Assembly (NCBI GenBank): GCA_965235115.1
Contig: OZ249436.1
Span: 21,392,001 to 21,456,000 of the forward strand
Reading direction: 5' to 3'
DNA length: 64,000 nt
Source of the DNA: Laetmonice hystrix
Taxonomy: Eukaryota
Position 1 is the first letter of the stretch; every line of letters begins with the position of its first letter. This document shows, in pieces, positions 26,970 to 41,618 of this stretch. The notes below the pieces were generated by a model. The model was not told where the DNA came from and ran no database searches. It worked only from the letters and a program-made list of their open reading frames with translations. The position numbers and the translations under genes are program-made.

Positions 26970-29900
26970 ACAATCCGACCACACTTTCTGGTAACCTCTT
27001 CTACCATTTTCTAATTAAAATGATTGAGTAATCCGTTTGTTTCACAATCTGAACATATTTTAATGGACACCAAGCTGTTCGGATAAACGAGGTTTGACTC
27101 TACATTTTGTCACAAAGACCGAGAACAGAGACTCTGTGATATTTGACAAAACGACTCGATCGTCAATTTTCACAGTGGCTCCTGCAATATGTACCATTTC
27201 TTCCTCTGCGGTAACAATTTCCAAATTTCTTTTTTTAACCCTATATCCATATAGCCCTTCTCAAATACACTTGTCCGTGTTGAATTAGTGCACGTTATCT
27301 CGGACCGCTACTCCTTTCTCAACCGTTCTTACTTTTGCGAAACTCGTTACAATACAGCGATCAAAGGTTAAAGTTTGTCTGGGGTCTTTCATTGTATGTG
27401 TGTTGTCGAGACGGTCCGCGATACGTTAGATGTCTCAGCAGATTCAAACTGGAATTATCCATAATCACACACCGACACGACTCTCTCTAAATATCGTTGT
27501 ATACATCCTTAATCAAATTGTAGAATCAATCTTTTAGATCTCTGACTATAAAATCCGCCTCGTTTCGGCTTATTGTAAAAATGTTTGTACAATTTTGTAT
27601 AATGGCACATCCATGCGGGTGCCATTCATGTTGACCAGGGGCTGTTGATATTAATAGGAGTCGATGATGAGCGGTGAAGCATATCAAAACAAGGAGCCAG
27701 GGGAAGTCGTCTAGAGTAGGTCAACAAGTTTCAGTCATTCCTTTAATTTACACATGAATACATGAGGCTAACCTTGTCACTTTGCAGAATGCAGATCTAA
27801 AAAATAGAATTCGTCAAACAGATCTTTCTTGAATTCACTTTAATGATATTCGTTTTCTTGGTCCCGGGTAGAGCGGTCTATTCATCGCTTTTCAAAATGT
27901 ATGTGTTATTGTACCATCGTACAAAACATCCCAGGGTCATGAGGCCCCCCTGAAGCTTGGGAATAGCTTGAGTATAGAGACCGCGAAATTGAAAATAAAC
28001 ATAGCACTTACAGTACCCGTACGATCAACGGCACTTCAGCCCCCAACGTTTGCTTTTCTATCTTTGACCGGTGTCACAATACGACTTTCGCCTTATTATG
28101 GCGGGTCACAATGCATTTAATATTTCTCAAAACAACTTCGTCACTTGGGAGGACCCACTCGAACACCTAAGTATGTTCTCAGTGGATCGCTTTCTCCATT
28201 CTCTCTGCCAGGTATTAGCAGGTGCCGGCCAGGCAATACATGCCAGGTGAAACGTGAGATTTTCTAATCTTGGAACCAATTGCTTAGTCGGGTTGTGACG
28301 AATACAGCATAAACATGACGTGCTCTTAAGCCGAAGGTCACCTTTTTTCCTTGTGGTACCATTATACAGCTAGTTCTATGCACAATTAAGCTAGGGGCGA
28401 ACCAGGCAAAATGATGGTCTCTGAGAATACCAACAAGTCGCGGAGGGCTTCACATACGAATACATAATACCTTGGCTTAGTGCAGGAATAGGTTTTTGCT
28501 TTTTATATTTTTAATTCGTTGCGTCATATTTAGGCACAGATGAATCACAAATAAATAGACCTACGCGAGATCCAGAGCTAAGAGAACAAATTGTATTGTA
28601 GAATAAATACTTCTTGTTTTATCCCTTCAGAATTTTTCCTTTAATTGAACATAAATCTTCTCTAATTTATAATTAAAAACTGAACCTCTTGTGTTGCGAT
28701 ATTTAAATGTGTCCTTCCTGCGCCACAAAGAAAGAACATGACTCAACGCTGGAAAGCATTAGCTCACTTCCGGAAGTGGCCGGTTTCAAGTATGTTAATA
28801 CCTCATATCGGAAGACTACGGGTGGCAAAAGCATAGCTTTGACATGCAACGTAAATCTCTTGGTACGATTGACCGATCTCATCCCGTGAGATGTCAAGTT
28901 ATTCTTGGGATGGGACATGGACGAGAGCGGGTCACCTGGGGACTAAGGTGTCCGTGTGGGAACACACTGTGAACTGTCAGTGCCTTTTGTCACAAGGGTG
29001 CTCTGCTCCTGCGGCGCTTTTACCCTAACATCCAAAGTTCACACTTCCAATTACATTGATTGGCTTTTCTACCTTGACCGTCTTCCTAAATGGTGATTGG
29101 AGGCCTGACCTGTCTACAGGGTTCTAAGATTACTAGGAGCCATGCATGCAAGTATAAATACGGGGCAGAAACATGCAAAGAATTTGCGACTTGTGGAAGT
29201 ATAGGTTGGCTTTGAATTAGAGGAGGATGAGTAAAACAGCAGACATGTAGGCTGGGTATTACCTGTGACACGATATTGGTTTTAGTACAAAGGGAACACT
29301 CGCATGATATGTCAGATTGTGCCACAACTGCACGACATTGCAGGGCATGAAGAAATGTTTGGGTGTAGGGTATGTATACTTTCATAGCTGTACCCGCCAG
29401 CTCTCGTTTTAAAAACTTCGTCATAAAAAAATTAAAGTTAATCCGGATATTATGAAAAAGTAGTAAAAAACAACAGTATAGAGGGAGCCGAGCCTAATTT
29501 GATATATCTATTGTACAAGAATGACACCCTAATGAATGGGTATGCAGCACGCTTACTCTATTGATCATGTATACCTTGAAACACTTCCAAATCGTAACCC
29601 CTACTCTCTGAAATTTCCATGCCTACTTTATGGTATAATTGAGCCGTAAATACCATAGAACATCACAGAAATTATCACCGTTGGAACCACGTCAAGAATC
29701 GGTGGTTAAGCCGATTACCACAGTTTCTTTACAACCGACCGCAGAGACCTGCACGCGACTGATCCCCCTCTGTGGGACAGTTTACACTCAGCAGTAGTTT
29801 GAAGCGATTGCCTCACAATTTTGTTTTCTATTCTTTATGATAGAGTACAGCTATTAGATATTATGCAAGGTCTCTTTTTCCGAAATGGGAATATTTTGTC

Positions 29901-32900
29901 ACCCTTCGGTGACCTGGTTCTCAGGTCAGACCCACCCAAACTGACAAGGTCGTCTGAATGGAGGTAAATGCTACAATAAAGCACCTGTTGTACCCTTAAA
30001 AGGTGACAGTCGCTCTCAATCGGTCGTGCTTATAGTGTCAAAGGTCCAAGAGAAGATTGTTACCCGTTCGTCATTACACTCAGCACTGTAGTTTAGATTA
30101 TCTCTCCAAATCTCAGAAACCACAGGTTACAGGATCCATAAATTCTGGAGCTAGTCACGAGTGGAAACATAAAATTCTGGTCGTCAAATGGGCCTTCACC
30201 ACTACCCTTCAACTTTAAGAGTCTCGTGTCGGACGGTAACTGTGTTTATCGCAATGCCAGTCCAGTTTTCTCCATTATTGGACAGGAATATGAAAGGTAA
30301 AACCCAGGCTCTGCGCGACAATCATCAGAAACTACACAATGCCCGTTTGTTGTGTTCCTAGTGAGGCATTTGTAAGCACTGAAGCCTCCCAAGAGCGCAC
30401 AGTTAACGCGCATGCCTGCATGGAGAAGCCGAAATTAGCAACATCCTCTTCGCACCCATCAGTTGAAATATGAGACGTTTTGTAATTATGAGAGAGCACA
30501 GGCGAGGGAGGGGAAGGTGTAGTGAGAAGAATACTAAAAAGGAGAAGAAGGCTGAAAAGAAGTTCAGCAACAACAAGCATGTTAGAGTTAACTTTAAACC
30601 GTTGAGCAGAATATATACCTTAATCCCCCACTTACCTGTCCTATTCCCGAAGTGGCCGAAAATTGTCATGTATCTGCCACATTTTGAATAGGACATGCTA
30701 AGCTGTTTGAAATTTGAAATTTTATGTGCTAGGAAATAGGGCAGGGAGATTACGGTATGTCCTTATCCAAATGGCTTCAAATGGTTGTTAATATTTCTCG
30801 TTGGTCGTCATGGTGACGAGGGTCATGCGGATACGTCGGGGTGTGTGTGTGTGTGGGGGGGGTAATGACGTGTTTTGTATTTGCGTGGAGTGGGGAGAGT
30901 ATGGGGTGCCAAGTAGGCCTACAAGCATACACACGGATTGATGGAGCAAATTGAGAACTGTACGGTTGGCCTGGTCCTAACGGAAGGTCAGTTCGACCAG
31001 AGACAGAAAGCCAGCGCCACCAGGTTCACCGACGTATTCAAAGGAAGAACACACCATGGTTAAGTGACCACCAGATAAATCCATTCAGCTGCAAGGCCTC
31101 GCCTATAAGTCATAGACACCTGATAGAACTAGGGGAATCTGAACCGTATCATATCAGACACCCTGAACACATGCAGCTTTGAGCGATAATTACGCATCAA
31201 CTGCAGAGCAACAGAGCAACAATACCCCATTCAATACTCGGTCAACTGACTATAACAACCGATCCGAGCGATCCAAGCATCCATTCCAATACCGTATTTT
31301 AACAACATATCTATATCAATACACATCAGATCTGTAAATACAATTTGATCGTCGTATGTACATAGCGAAACAAAAAGTTTTCAGGGAAATACCCGCTGGA
31401 AAATTTCATGACGGAAGATATCTTTCCAGTCTCCATGTATATATAGTATCCCAGTGGTTATATGAATGTGTTTCCCTATCAGCTCTGAAAACGTATTTTC
31501 CCCGGAAGGCAAAGTCGCCTGCCGTAATGCAGTTCTGTATTTAAAATAACCGAATCTCTGTCTAAATCGACAACAAAATGTTATCCCGTAAGGAAAAACA
31601 GCCGAGCCGTAACTACGAATACCGCTATATATATGTTCTATATCGTTGTTTTCTCTGTGAAACATTGGACTTAAGTCATCACAGTTTCCGATTCCATTAT
31701 GATTCAGTCTGATCTTTGACTGATCCCTAAGGCCGCCGCATCATGTTAGCTGTGGCTACTGTGAGGCGGAATACATCGATTCCACGTTTTGGATTCAATG
31801 AGGTGTACAGGAAGGCGCGCCCCTTGCCATCATTCCAACAATTGCCTGAATTGTGTCTGCTGAGCCAGAATGTCGCCCTTCTCTGCGATGAGATATGTCG
31901 GTAGTGTAATGGTCCAGAAAGAAAGTGGACATTAATGGTTCACTTAGCCTGAATGACATCAGTTTACAGGACAATAATTGCGTTCTTGTCAAGTTCGATT
32001 AAGGAAACTTTAATTTATCTGTCTTGATAGCTCATAATATTTCATTTTAGTAATTGTGATATCGACATATGTAAATATAGATAAAAACGACGAATTGCAA
32101 ATCCGACACACCAGTATGCTTCAAGTGTTAGAGATGATCTTATATGAAGGGATAGTGACCCCATGTAAGTGCGTCGATCTGTATGCATGAAAGTGCAACG
32201 GTCGCAAGGCATGACTTCATTATTGACTAGACTTTCTATGAAGTCAATAATATTACCGCACAAAGTTCATTGTGAATATGTGGACAGACGTCCTTACCAT
32301 GGTTTACCAAGGTCTACTGCCGAAAGCTTCATCATAGACTGGAGAGGGGATGCGCGACTAACATGGACATATTTTAGGGATGCTATACAGTATTTAAACG
32401 ACCAAAGTAACTAAATGTCAGAAGCAGAGTAGGAAGTAGGGGGTCGCACGTCCAAGTATATCAGGTTTGGCATTTGTCCACACGTTTTGAAAGGAACATT
32501 TATGACATGTGACACGGGATCGTCTGTCCTGAAAACTTTAAATGGGAATGGACCTACGTATATCACGCTCTAGTTTTTATGCCTTGTATTTTTATCATGT
32601 CATATTACTCATAACCCATAACTATTAATATTCGTGGTCCCTTTCTATATGAAAGGAACAGTGCCAGAAGAAAGGTTTTTGGAACCAGTTGGCAACTTTG
32701 GGTAACAACGCCAAATGTCGAGCGCGAAACGGCAATACAAAGGCACTCGTATAGCACTACATATTTCAGGCGTGAGAAAAACTGAGAAAGTGCTTGTGCG
32801 TCGTGAAATAGTCTAGTTTTATACAGTGTATACCAGTCTGTAAGAGATGGTTATAAACATCTCTTCTAACAGATATAGACCTACGTTTAGCTTTCGTACT

Positions 32901-33298
32901 AGTGGGGGCTAAGATAGGGGGAATAGATCGTTGATAGCTATCTAAGAGGCGACTTTAGATAGTGGGCCAGCACGAATGCGTGGCGCCTGACTTGACGTTG
33001 ATCTACCACGTGCACTGGCATCATTCATCATACCCCCCCCCCCCGGGCTGTTACACGTACACACACACACCCATACACAGACGTCATTTCCGTTGCGTCA
33101 TTGGGTCTTTGCCCTGACTGGAGATGTTTTAGACCTGACTACAAGGCCCCCACACCACCCCACAATCCACTGCCGAACCATTCAAAATGACCACGGTGTG
33201 CCCTTATTACTGCGTGAGCTGAAAGGACGGGAACAAAAACTTGATCGCGGAGCGGTAATGTTCAGACGCAGTTGACAAAAGCACGGAGGAGAACATCC

Positions 33299-33779
33299 AG
33301 TCTGTTTCATAGACGTACCAAAATGTTAGGCGTACACCGTGAGTAATTAAAAAAACCAGAGTCTGCTTCCTAGATGTACCAAGATGTTAGGCGTACACCA
33401 TGCGTAATTAAAACACCCAAAGTCTGCTTCCTGGACGTAACAAGATGACAGACGTACACCGTGCGTACTTAAAACACCCAAAGTCTGCTTCCTAGACGTA
33501 ACAAGATGACTGGCGTACACCTTGCGTGATTAAAACACCCAAAGTCTGCTTCCTAGACGTAACAAGATGACTGGCGTACACCGTGCGTAATTAAAACACC
33601 CAAAGTCTGCTTCCTAGACGTAACAAGATGACTGGCGTACACCTTGCGTGATTAAAACACCCAAAGTCTGCTCCCTAGACGTAACAAGATGACAGACGTA
33701 CACCGTGCGTACTTAAAACACCCAAAGGCTGCTTCCTAGACGTAACAAGATGACTGGCGTACACCTTGCGTAATTAAAA
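33299..33779. repeat. Minisatellite, 8 x 61 bp
   Basis: Unit AGTCTGCTTCCTAGACGTAACAAGATGACTGGCGTACACC(G/T)TGCGTAATTAAAACACCCAA, starting at 33299, 33360, 33421 ... 33726. Confidence 0.95.
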
Positions 33780-36700
33780 TTCAGTCTCTGGTTATAGTTT
33801 GAATACTGAAAACGAAGTAAACTTTAAACACAATCCACAGGTGACCATGATAGGTCCTGCATTGTGTCCAGATGATTAAGGGTCATCGAACAGGTAGGAG
33901 TTCTCTTTGCCCTCATGAACAGCGTCCGCGCCCATCTACAACCCTGGCGCCCCCCTGCGGTAAGGTCTCGACCCTCGACTGGGTGGTCTGTGAACATGTT
34001 ACCCAAATCTTTTCAAAAGGGCCATGACATCATCCACTATACTTTTCAGTATGTCCCACTGTGCAGTTGATGTAGAAATATAGTTCGGTCTGAAAAGCGT
34101 CTGTCTCCCATGAAAATGACGGTGGGCAAAGCATAGTTCGCAGGATGGAATTAGTTGGCATTCATAACCCCTTAACCCCTGGAGAGGTACCTACTTTAGA
34201 TCGAGCTAGTGTATGTATGAAGAGTCAATGTGGTTCCCATTCTACCCAAACATCAGCCAAATGCTACATGCTAAACTATCCAGACAATCTTTGGAGAATA
34301 TTGAGCTTTATTAGTATATATCTTAAATCATCTGATTAGGGTGGACCATATGCGATCAGGTTATCATTGCACTGGTCACCCGGGACCTTAGCACATCAGT
34401 AAGGGGCGTGTTAAGTAGGCTATGGGTGGGAGGCCGCTCATACCCACCCACGAACCCCACGGATACACCCAGCTTACCCACCCCACCCTATACCTCTACC
34501 CACACCACACCACTTCCATCGAGCACTTCTCATTTTTGTCTACACCTCATAGTTTAGCCTCGGGGCATTCCTTGTGCGCATGAATGGCCCCAAAGATTTT
34601 TCTTAGTGGATGTTCTCTACACGTACGACTATAAGAACCCCCAACGCTTACATACAAAATGTTGTGGGGTTGTCCCCAAGATGACTGTTAGATTATTAAA
34701 CATGACAACGCAACCAGGATGTTCTCAGAAGTGGAACCTTTCCTATACCTCAGCGCCCGCACTATACATGTAGTCGCCCCACGTGAACTATGCCGCAAAC
34801 TGACTGCCAACTAAGTTCCTCCGCTGTACGACATCAGTGAAAAGATAGGTGTACAAAGACATGCTATAGTGTATAACAGGTAGCACAGTCAATCCACCCT
34901 CAGCTTACTGCGTGAACAATCGGCGAGACGGCGTAGATGATCTCCTTGTAGGATCATGTGGATCCTCAGGGGGATCAATAATAGGATAATCTCCATAAAA
35001 GAACATTAAGACGGTTGTCTGACCAGAGGTAGGTGGGGTAGGCCTACTATAGGCTTACCGCATGGAGGTAGGGTCTTTATGGGGTGACACAGCAGGGGTA
35101 TTGTCCATGCATCATCCCGACGGTGTGCGAACAAGAACGGGTTTAATCCACTTAGCACTCAGGGCGGGTATAATATGGGTTACCGGGTAAATTACATGTT
35201 CACTATGAAATACCTGTACTTTAACACCTCCGGCTCCCTGTCTGCCTACTTTTGGATACCTAGACCTGTCTACAGGTATAGGCACTTGCATGGATACTAT
35301 TATAGGCATAAGAACACATGCACATGCCTATACATACATCTTATATGCACACACACAATGTGCGAAACTACACGCACATGCATTATATGCACCTATCTGT
35401 GCATGCAGATTATGCACGCACATATTCCTTTGCCAATATCTCGGTATACGACCTACACTGATACATTGACAAACTCCAACCACTCCACACTTCCTTTTGT
35501 ACGTTCAGATGGTCGGCGGCCGAGGAAACCGGTTCCACTACCGCGGGTGGCTGTTTACCTCCTCTGGACTTGGCGACGGCAAGCCAACCTCCGACAACAT
35601 ATATAAATCAACGCCCGATGCGCCTCCTCTATACTGAATACCTCGTATGTATGCCATCTCTACATACAGAGGCTTGATACCTTTCAGATTCTGGAGCCGC
35701 GCCGCACCTAATTATGTCAGAATAAAAGCTTCTACAACTTATATACCAGTTGGCGATCTCTGGTTGACATCTGTAAATCCAGAGATCGAGAATCCACCGT
35801 CCATCACGGTTAGAGACGAGCGGCGCCCACACTCCTATAGATCTCCTGGTTCCCCCTCAAAATATCAACTCCAAACAGTAATCGAACACCTCCCGCAGAC
35901 GTACGTCTGATTAGTGCAGGTGGAGAAGCTATACTGTGTTGATATGGACCGTTATAGCGTTAAGTATATTTGGTTGGGTTGTGAAGCTGAAAGTTTAACC
36001 CATGGCTGGTAAAGCATGAATATGTTTTCTTCGGCGGTCGACTTGCGGAGCGCGGTCACTCGGCGGCGTGCTTGACTAACGGAGCCCGCCAGAAGGCCTA
36101 GATCTGCCGGTCGACAGCCCGGTGCAACTTTTGTGAGGGTTGTTACGTTCGATCTTCATTGACGGTCTCGAATGGCTCTCGGCAAACATCGGATTGGAGC
36201 GTCGGTTTATCACAGGGTAAAACTTACCTGCCGCTGGGGGTGGCGTTCGACGGGTGGGGACGTGTAGCTGCGCGGCGAATTCGAGCGTTCTATTGAGGAA
36301 GGCGGCGGGGTGGAATCATATAGTAGTCAGGAGTTGGGGGGGTTCGTCATGGACTTACCACGGGAGGACAGCGACACGCTCCACGGCGCACGGCGCACAA
36401 TGAGAAAGGGCGATAATAAATGTGACTTTGACACAGATAAAGAAATGTCGTCTTGAGAAGTGATCAAGTTTCAAGATCAACTGCCTCCGCCCAAGTGGTA
36501 GCCGGACGGTCCTGGCCACCTTTCGTGAAGGCCAGGGGTAGGGACGCTGGGATACTGAGCATAGCCGTAGGGGGCCGATATTGTTGGAGGGGGAGTATAA
36601 GAGGATGTTGCTCGAAAAATCGACGACCGATTTTCTAGCATCATAAAATCGGGTAAAATTCACCCGATCTTTTCGGCAATAGACTGCCCGATTTTATCCC

Positions 36701-37745
36701 GACGGATTGCCTGAAAAATCTCAATTGTGGGGCAATCCCCCCCGACCCCCGCCTGGCTACGATACTGAGACTGGTGGTAGAGAAACCCGACCGAAAGTTT
36801 TAATCAACAAAATGAAGTATTGGCCCGGAATGACGTTCACTTTCTGATTTGTTTCACGATACCGCAATGTTACTGTGGGGAAGGGCAATGTGTTATGGCC
36901 CATACATTATACACGATGGTCACGGAAGGTTGTTCAACAAAACAGCTCGGATAAGCTAATAAGGACCCGTTTCGGCAATGAATTGACGCACACTTTATAT
37001 TAGCTGATATACAGCATCCTTTAAATGAAGCGTGTTTGTATTCAGGAAGGAGCGAGACAGTGCAGTCATAAACAAAACTGTTGACATTACACAGTAAGGG
37101 TCCCTTAGCAATGCCTAAAAACCGCCACTCTGAACTTAAATATTCAAACATAGGGCTGAGCCGACGAGTTCTTTTACCTGGAGCGTCCCGTATATAGAGA
37201 AATACAATCTTATTGTAGCCTGAGATTGATAACGTCAAACGTGTCCTATATGTGGCCCAGGTGCTTGCCTTTTATGTGGATGGTTTGAAGTTGTTTTCAG
37301 AAACTCTGATAATGGTCTGACGACTTCTCTAGGGCTAGTGCCTTGGTCCTTTGGTCTTTTCTGGTGACGCCGTCACAATCTACCCGTGCCATCCCATACT
37401 AATTTTAGATCGAGTGCATCTGTTAATCAGAAAGGCTTAAGATTGACCTCCTTCAGAAGTAGAATACATAACTATATTAGATCTCAGCTGCGACCCTTAA
37501 TAAGTGCAGCACTCGACTTGAGCGGTGCATTATCTTGTCGGTAGACCTCAAAGTCCGCAGGTATTTTCTGATGCGTGCGGCACGTAAAGTGCCTAGGCTA
37601 AACATGATATTGCCCAGCTGCACGACAGGACTTTGAATCGTTTGATTGATAGTGGAACTATATGGACTTTTTTCTCATAATCTGGAAATATCAACTGCCA
37701 CTAATGTCTTCATGGTCTTTCACGTCTTTCTCGCCATGGCATCCA

Positions 37746-37882
37746 GGGCCCGTCTCACTAAGGCTGGTTAATAACCAGATCGTTACATTAACATAGGAGT
37801 GAATGGAAGGCTGCTGGTTACAGCCACCATTCACTGCTATGTTAACGATCTGGTTATTAACCAGCCTTAGTGAGACGGGCCC
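37746..37882. mobile_element. Harbinger-like palindromic MITE
   Basis: Perfect ~40-bp TIR GGGCCCGTCTCACTAAGGCTGGTTAATAACCAGATCGTTA with CAG at both junctions (3-bp TSD-like); nearly the whole element folds back. Confidence 0.82.
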
Positions 37883-40800
37883 CAGGACAGGGAGTCTTCA
37901 CCAGCTAGCATATATACAGGATCACTGGTTTCTATTAGAAGGGCAATTTTGTGGAAAATCATATACTTATGGCCTCCATACAGTAACAACTTATTGGCCT
38001 TCAACAAAGAGAAAACATTCCGAAGCTATATGATATATAGTTATTATTCTGTCCTCAAATGTCACATGCCTTTCCATGCAATATTGAAACACTACAGACC
38101 TATAGTCTCATGATGGCCGAGATTCAAAGAAAGCGATTTGTTACGACCTTTCGTGAACAAAGTGTTTTCAATAGCAAATACATTAAAAATATTCTCAGTA
38201 TACATGTATTAGTATATGCGGGGTTTGACAGTCCAACCGCTTTTCGGCTTTTTGTCATTTCTCATAACTGAAGGTAAAATAATCATAATTGTCTGAGGAA
38301 CGCTGATACAATAGGTATATCTATTACAAAAGTAAGACTGTATAGCGTTTCCATTCTGACGCACTTGCCATTTAGTAATGAATGAAGCATAAAAACAACG
38401 TTCCATCCGTCAGTCAAAGACCATAAGGTTGAAATCTATCATCAAAATAACACAATTATAGGGCGACTTCTTTCATAAACATGAACCATGCACTGTCATC
38501 GTGGAACAATTATTTTTGATAACCGGGTCGTATTATTGCGCACGACCATTGTAAACTTCTCTGTTGCTATATTTGGCCCACTATACATGTATACTATAAA
38601 GGCCCATATCTCTGAAAAAAAATGCAAGAGAAATATCCTAGTAAAAAATATGAATTTTTCAAATTTATTATATTCAAAGTTCACATGAGAGTGGAGTATT
38701 TAAATGAGCCCTATATAATAATCCTGTATCACACATGTGGTATACGGAATATACTCTAAATATGACCCGCTAACTATTAAAGATTATTAAAACTATACAG
38801 AAAACCGTACTCATATATAACTATTTATAATTATTTCTTTCAAAGACCTCGCGGTAGCGTAACCTCAATTTGCACAATTACTTAATTTGAAAGAAAACTG
38901 AAATTTTGGCTCACGTAATCAGTCACCGGGACAGCGGCACTGAACCCTAACCTGCCGGATCTAATCAAGTTCTATTAATTTTACATGTTTGGAGGTTACG
39001 GGCTAACAACATACGGTTCTTAATACAATAATAACTTCTCATCGCCAGCTGTTTGGATTGTGTACACGTTTCAAATATAAAACGAGCGGTAATGAAGCAT
39101 GAATGCGGGCGTGTCGCAATGATCACCGCGCCGTTCATTCAGACCTTGGTGCTACCCGACACATGCTATACGTGTGTATGTTGTTTTGTCCGTGTCCACA
39201 CGTGCACTGTGATTGCACTACATCGATGTTCATTTCTTCCCAGGGAGTGAACAGTCTGCGGCCGCATATCATTATGATGGGGCCTAATAAATTCGATTAA
39301 CATTCCCTCGAGCAAAAGGCACTCAATTTTTGCGGCTTCGTTCTTATCAATTTTCAGAAAAACACAACCAACCGCCATGCTCGTGTTGACATGTGGTCAT
39401 ATCCTAATGAATCGTTCACATGCAAATGTCTAGTGAACCGGCGCATGAACATGACGGCCATATGTGGCGTGTATATGTTCATTGCCGTTCACGCTGGCAT
39501 GTTCACGCACATGTTAACGACCACTTATTCTAATTTTGGTGTCGTTCTGCGTGGTATATCACTCCATTGTCAGTGGAAAGCTGCCGCAACTTTGCCCCAT
39601 CAGGTTGGCTATTTGTGCACTGATTGTCGTTCTGGCTGCAGCCTCCGCCAATCGTTTCCGCGTCTTTTGTAAACCATCGGTTCATGAAATCAGCATAATC
39701 AACGACTCCGTGCTTATAGGTGCACATATAAGCTATCGTGGTGTGATTCCGTCTATGTGCTGGGAAACTTGAACAGGCATACGCCATGCCACAATAGATT
39801 ACTTTAATCATGCAATTTGCCATTTGTTGCGTGTTATACAATGCAAGGAATTACAAATGACCCGCTAAGGTTATAATATACGACTTGTTATTGCTTGGTT
39901 TTCGTAATTTCCTAATTATACCTAGACCTACCCGTAATTGTTGAGAAGGACACAGAATAATTCCTTGCCTTTGGGTGGCACTGTGACACAAAGGTTAGGG
40001 TGGGATTGTTAACATATGGTTGTGTGCCATTGCGTGATTTGCCGATTGCGTTCAGGTTATATTTAACATTGGTCTCTTAACCCGATTTTCCGCATAAAAA
40101 TAATACGGAAAATCAGAATGGAATGAATGTTTGTCCATATGAAGCATGATAAGATCAATATATCTCAGAGATATCCTTATCTATATCTTTTTAGTTACAG
40201 GGGATAATTAAAACAATATCAATCCGATGTCTTAAGAATTTTGATTTTTTTTTTATCTTTCACAGCAAATATTGCTAAATGATGATGGCCGCTGGCTTGC
40301 ATTAATAGGTGGCCCACAGGTCGACACAATTAAGTTCAGAGAGGCGGATTCAAGCCTTATTTCTGCAGACTTGAATTTTAACCAGATCGGGGGTAGAAAT
40401 AGGTTACGCCCGCCCCCACCCATGTCCATCAGAATTTGATCTCCATGAAGATTCTGGGATAGCGTTTTTGGCCCGTCAAAGTGAAATGGCCCTCCAAAAT
40501 GAAAATTTGTCATTTAACCTTTAATAATAAAAAGGTACCACTAATACAGTATGTCTCCCTGTATAACGTACATTTTTTACAGGCGTTGCATCTATCAATA
40601 CATCCAACCATCTGTGCAGCGCCGAGATGTCCTTTATCCAAGACATTTACTCCCTCTTGTGTCAAACAGAGAAGTCTGGCTCGCAGAAAGCGCCTTTAAC
40701 CCTTGTGTATGTTTTGTGAATAGGTGGCGCCACCATACACATCCTAACAGCTGATGGCGTCGGAGAGATCCCGATCGTCGAGTTTGTTAGTCAGTGTGTG

Positions 40801-41517
40801 GGCGGGTGATTGGGTGCATGGTGAGATTGGGTAAGTGAGTGGGGGAATTAATTGTTGGTTTTATGTCCTGTCAGCAGGATTTAAACCATATAACTTGTTC
40901 ACTCTTGGTGTGCACCTATTGTTTTCCCGCGGGAGTGATTACTGGGGATGCTTGGGATGTACAGTATAGCTATTAGGTGGAGCGATTTTGTGACGAGGCA
41001 CTTGGGTACATCATTATGTGTGGTAAACTGGCAAACTTGCAATGGTATCTTAGTTTTTGAGAGAATTATTTGCTTTTGCCATTTTCTGAATTTTTAAATT
41101 GTCCCTCGTCGAACACCAGAAAAATAGCTGAAAATGGCTGACTCAATAAAAAACAAAGATAATGGGAAAACTTCAGTCACTGGTTCGAAACAAAAAGGCT
41201 AAAGCCAGTTTTATTTATCCAATGGTGTTCTTATTATAGGTTTGTAGACCGTTAAAGTAGTCGAGAAGGGTATAGATCAGCGGAAAGTGGATCACAAAGA
41301 GGTGCTCTCTCAACTCTTTTGAAATAAAACAATAATCAGGCGGTGTAGGTACAAAGTGTGACAATATTGTTGTGGTCACTTGGCTATTGTCCAAAGAAGC
41401 AGGACCGGAAGTACTATAATGTTATATTAAGAACTATGTGGATCTGGGCAAAAGAAATTTTAAAATTTGTATCCTTCAAAATAGTATACACAGAGGCGCA
41501 AAATGCCTACTGTAGAA

Positions 41518-41553
41518 TCTCTCTCTATCTCTATCACTCACTCCCTCCCTCCC

Positions 41554-41613
<60 letters not shown>
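41518..41613. repeat. (CT)n microsatellite
   Basis: Pure CT run at about 41557-41613, preceded by degenerate CT/CCCT sequence. Confidence 0.95.

Positions 41614-41618
<5 letters not shown>

Noticed and set aside
23655..33779. The two 60/61-bp arrays as CRISPR arrays
   Set aside because: Whole units are repeated with no unique spacers, no cas genes are present, and the context is a spliced animal genome.
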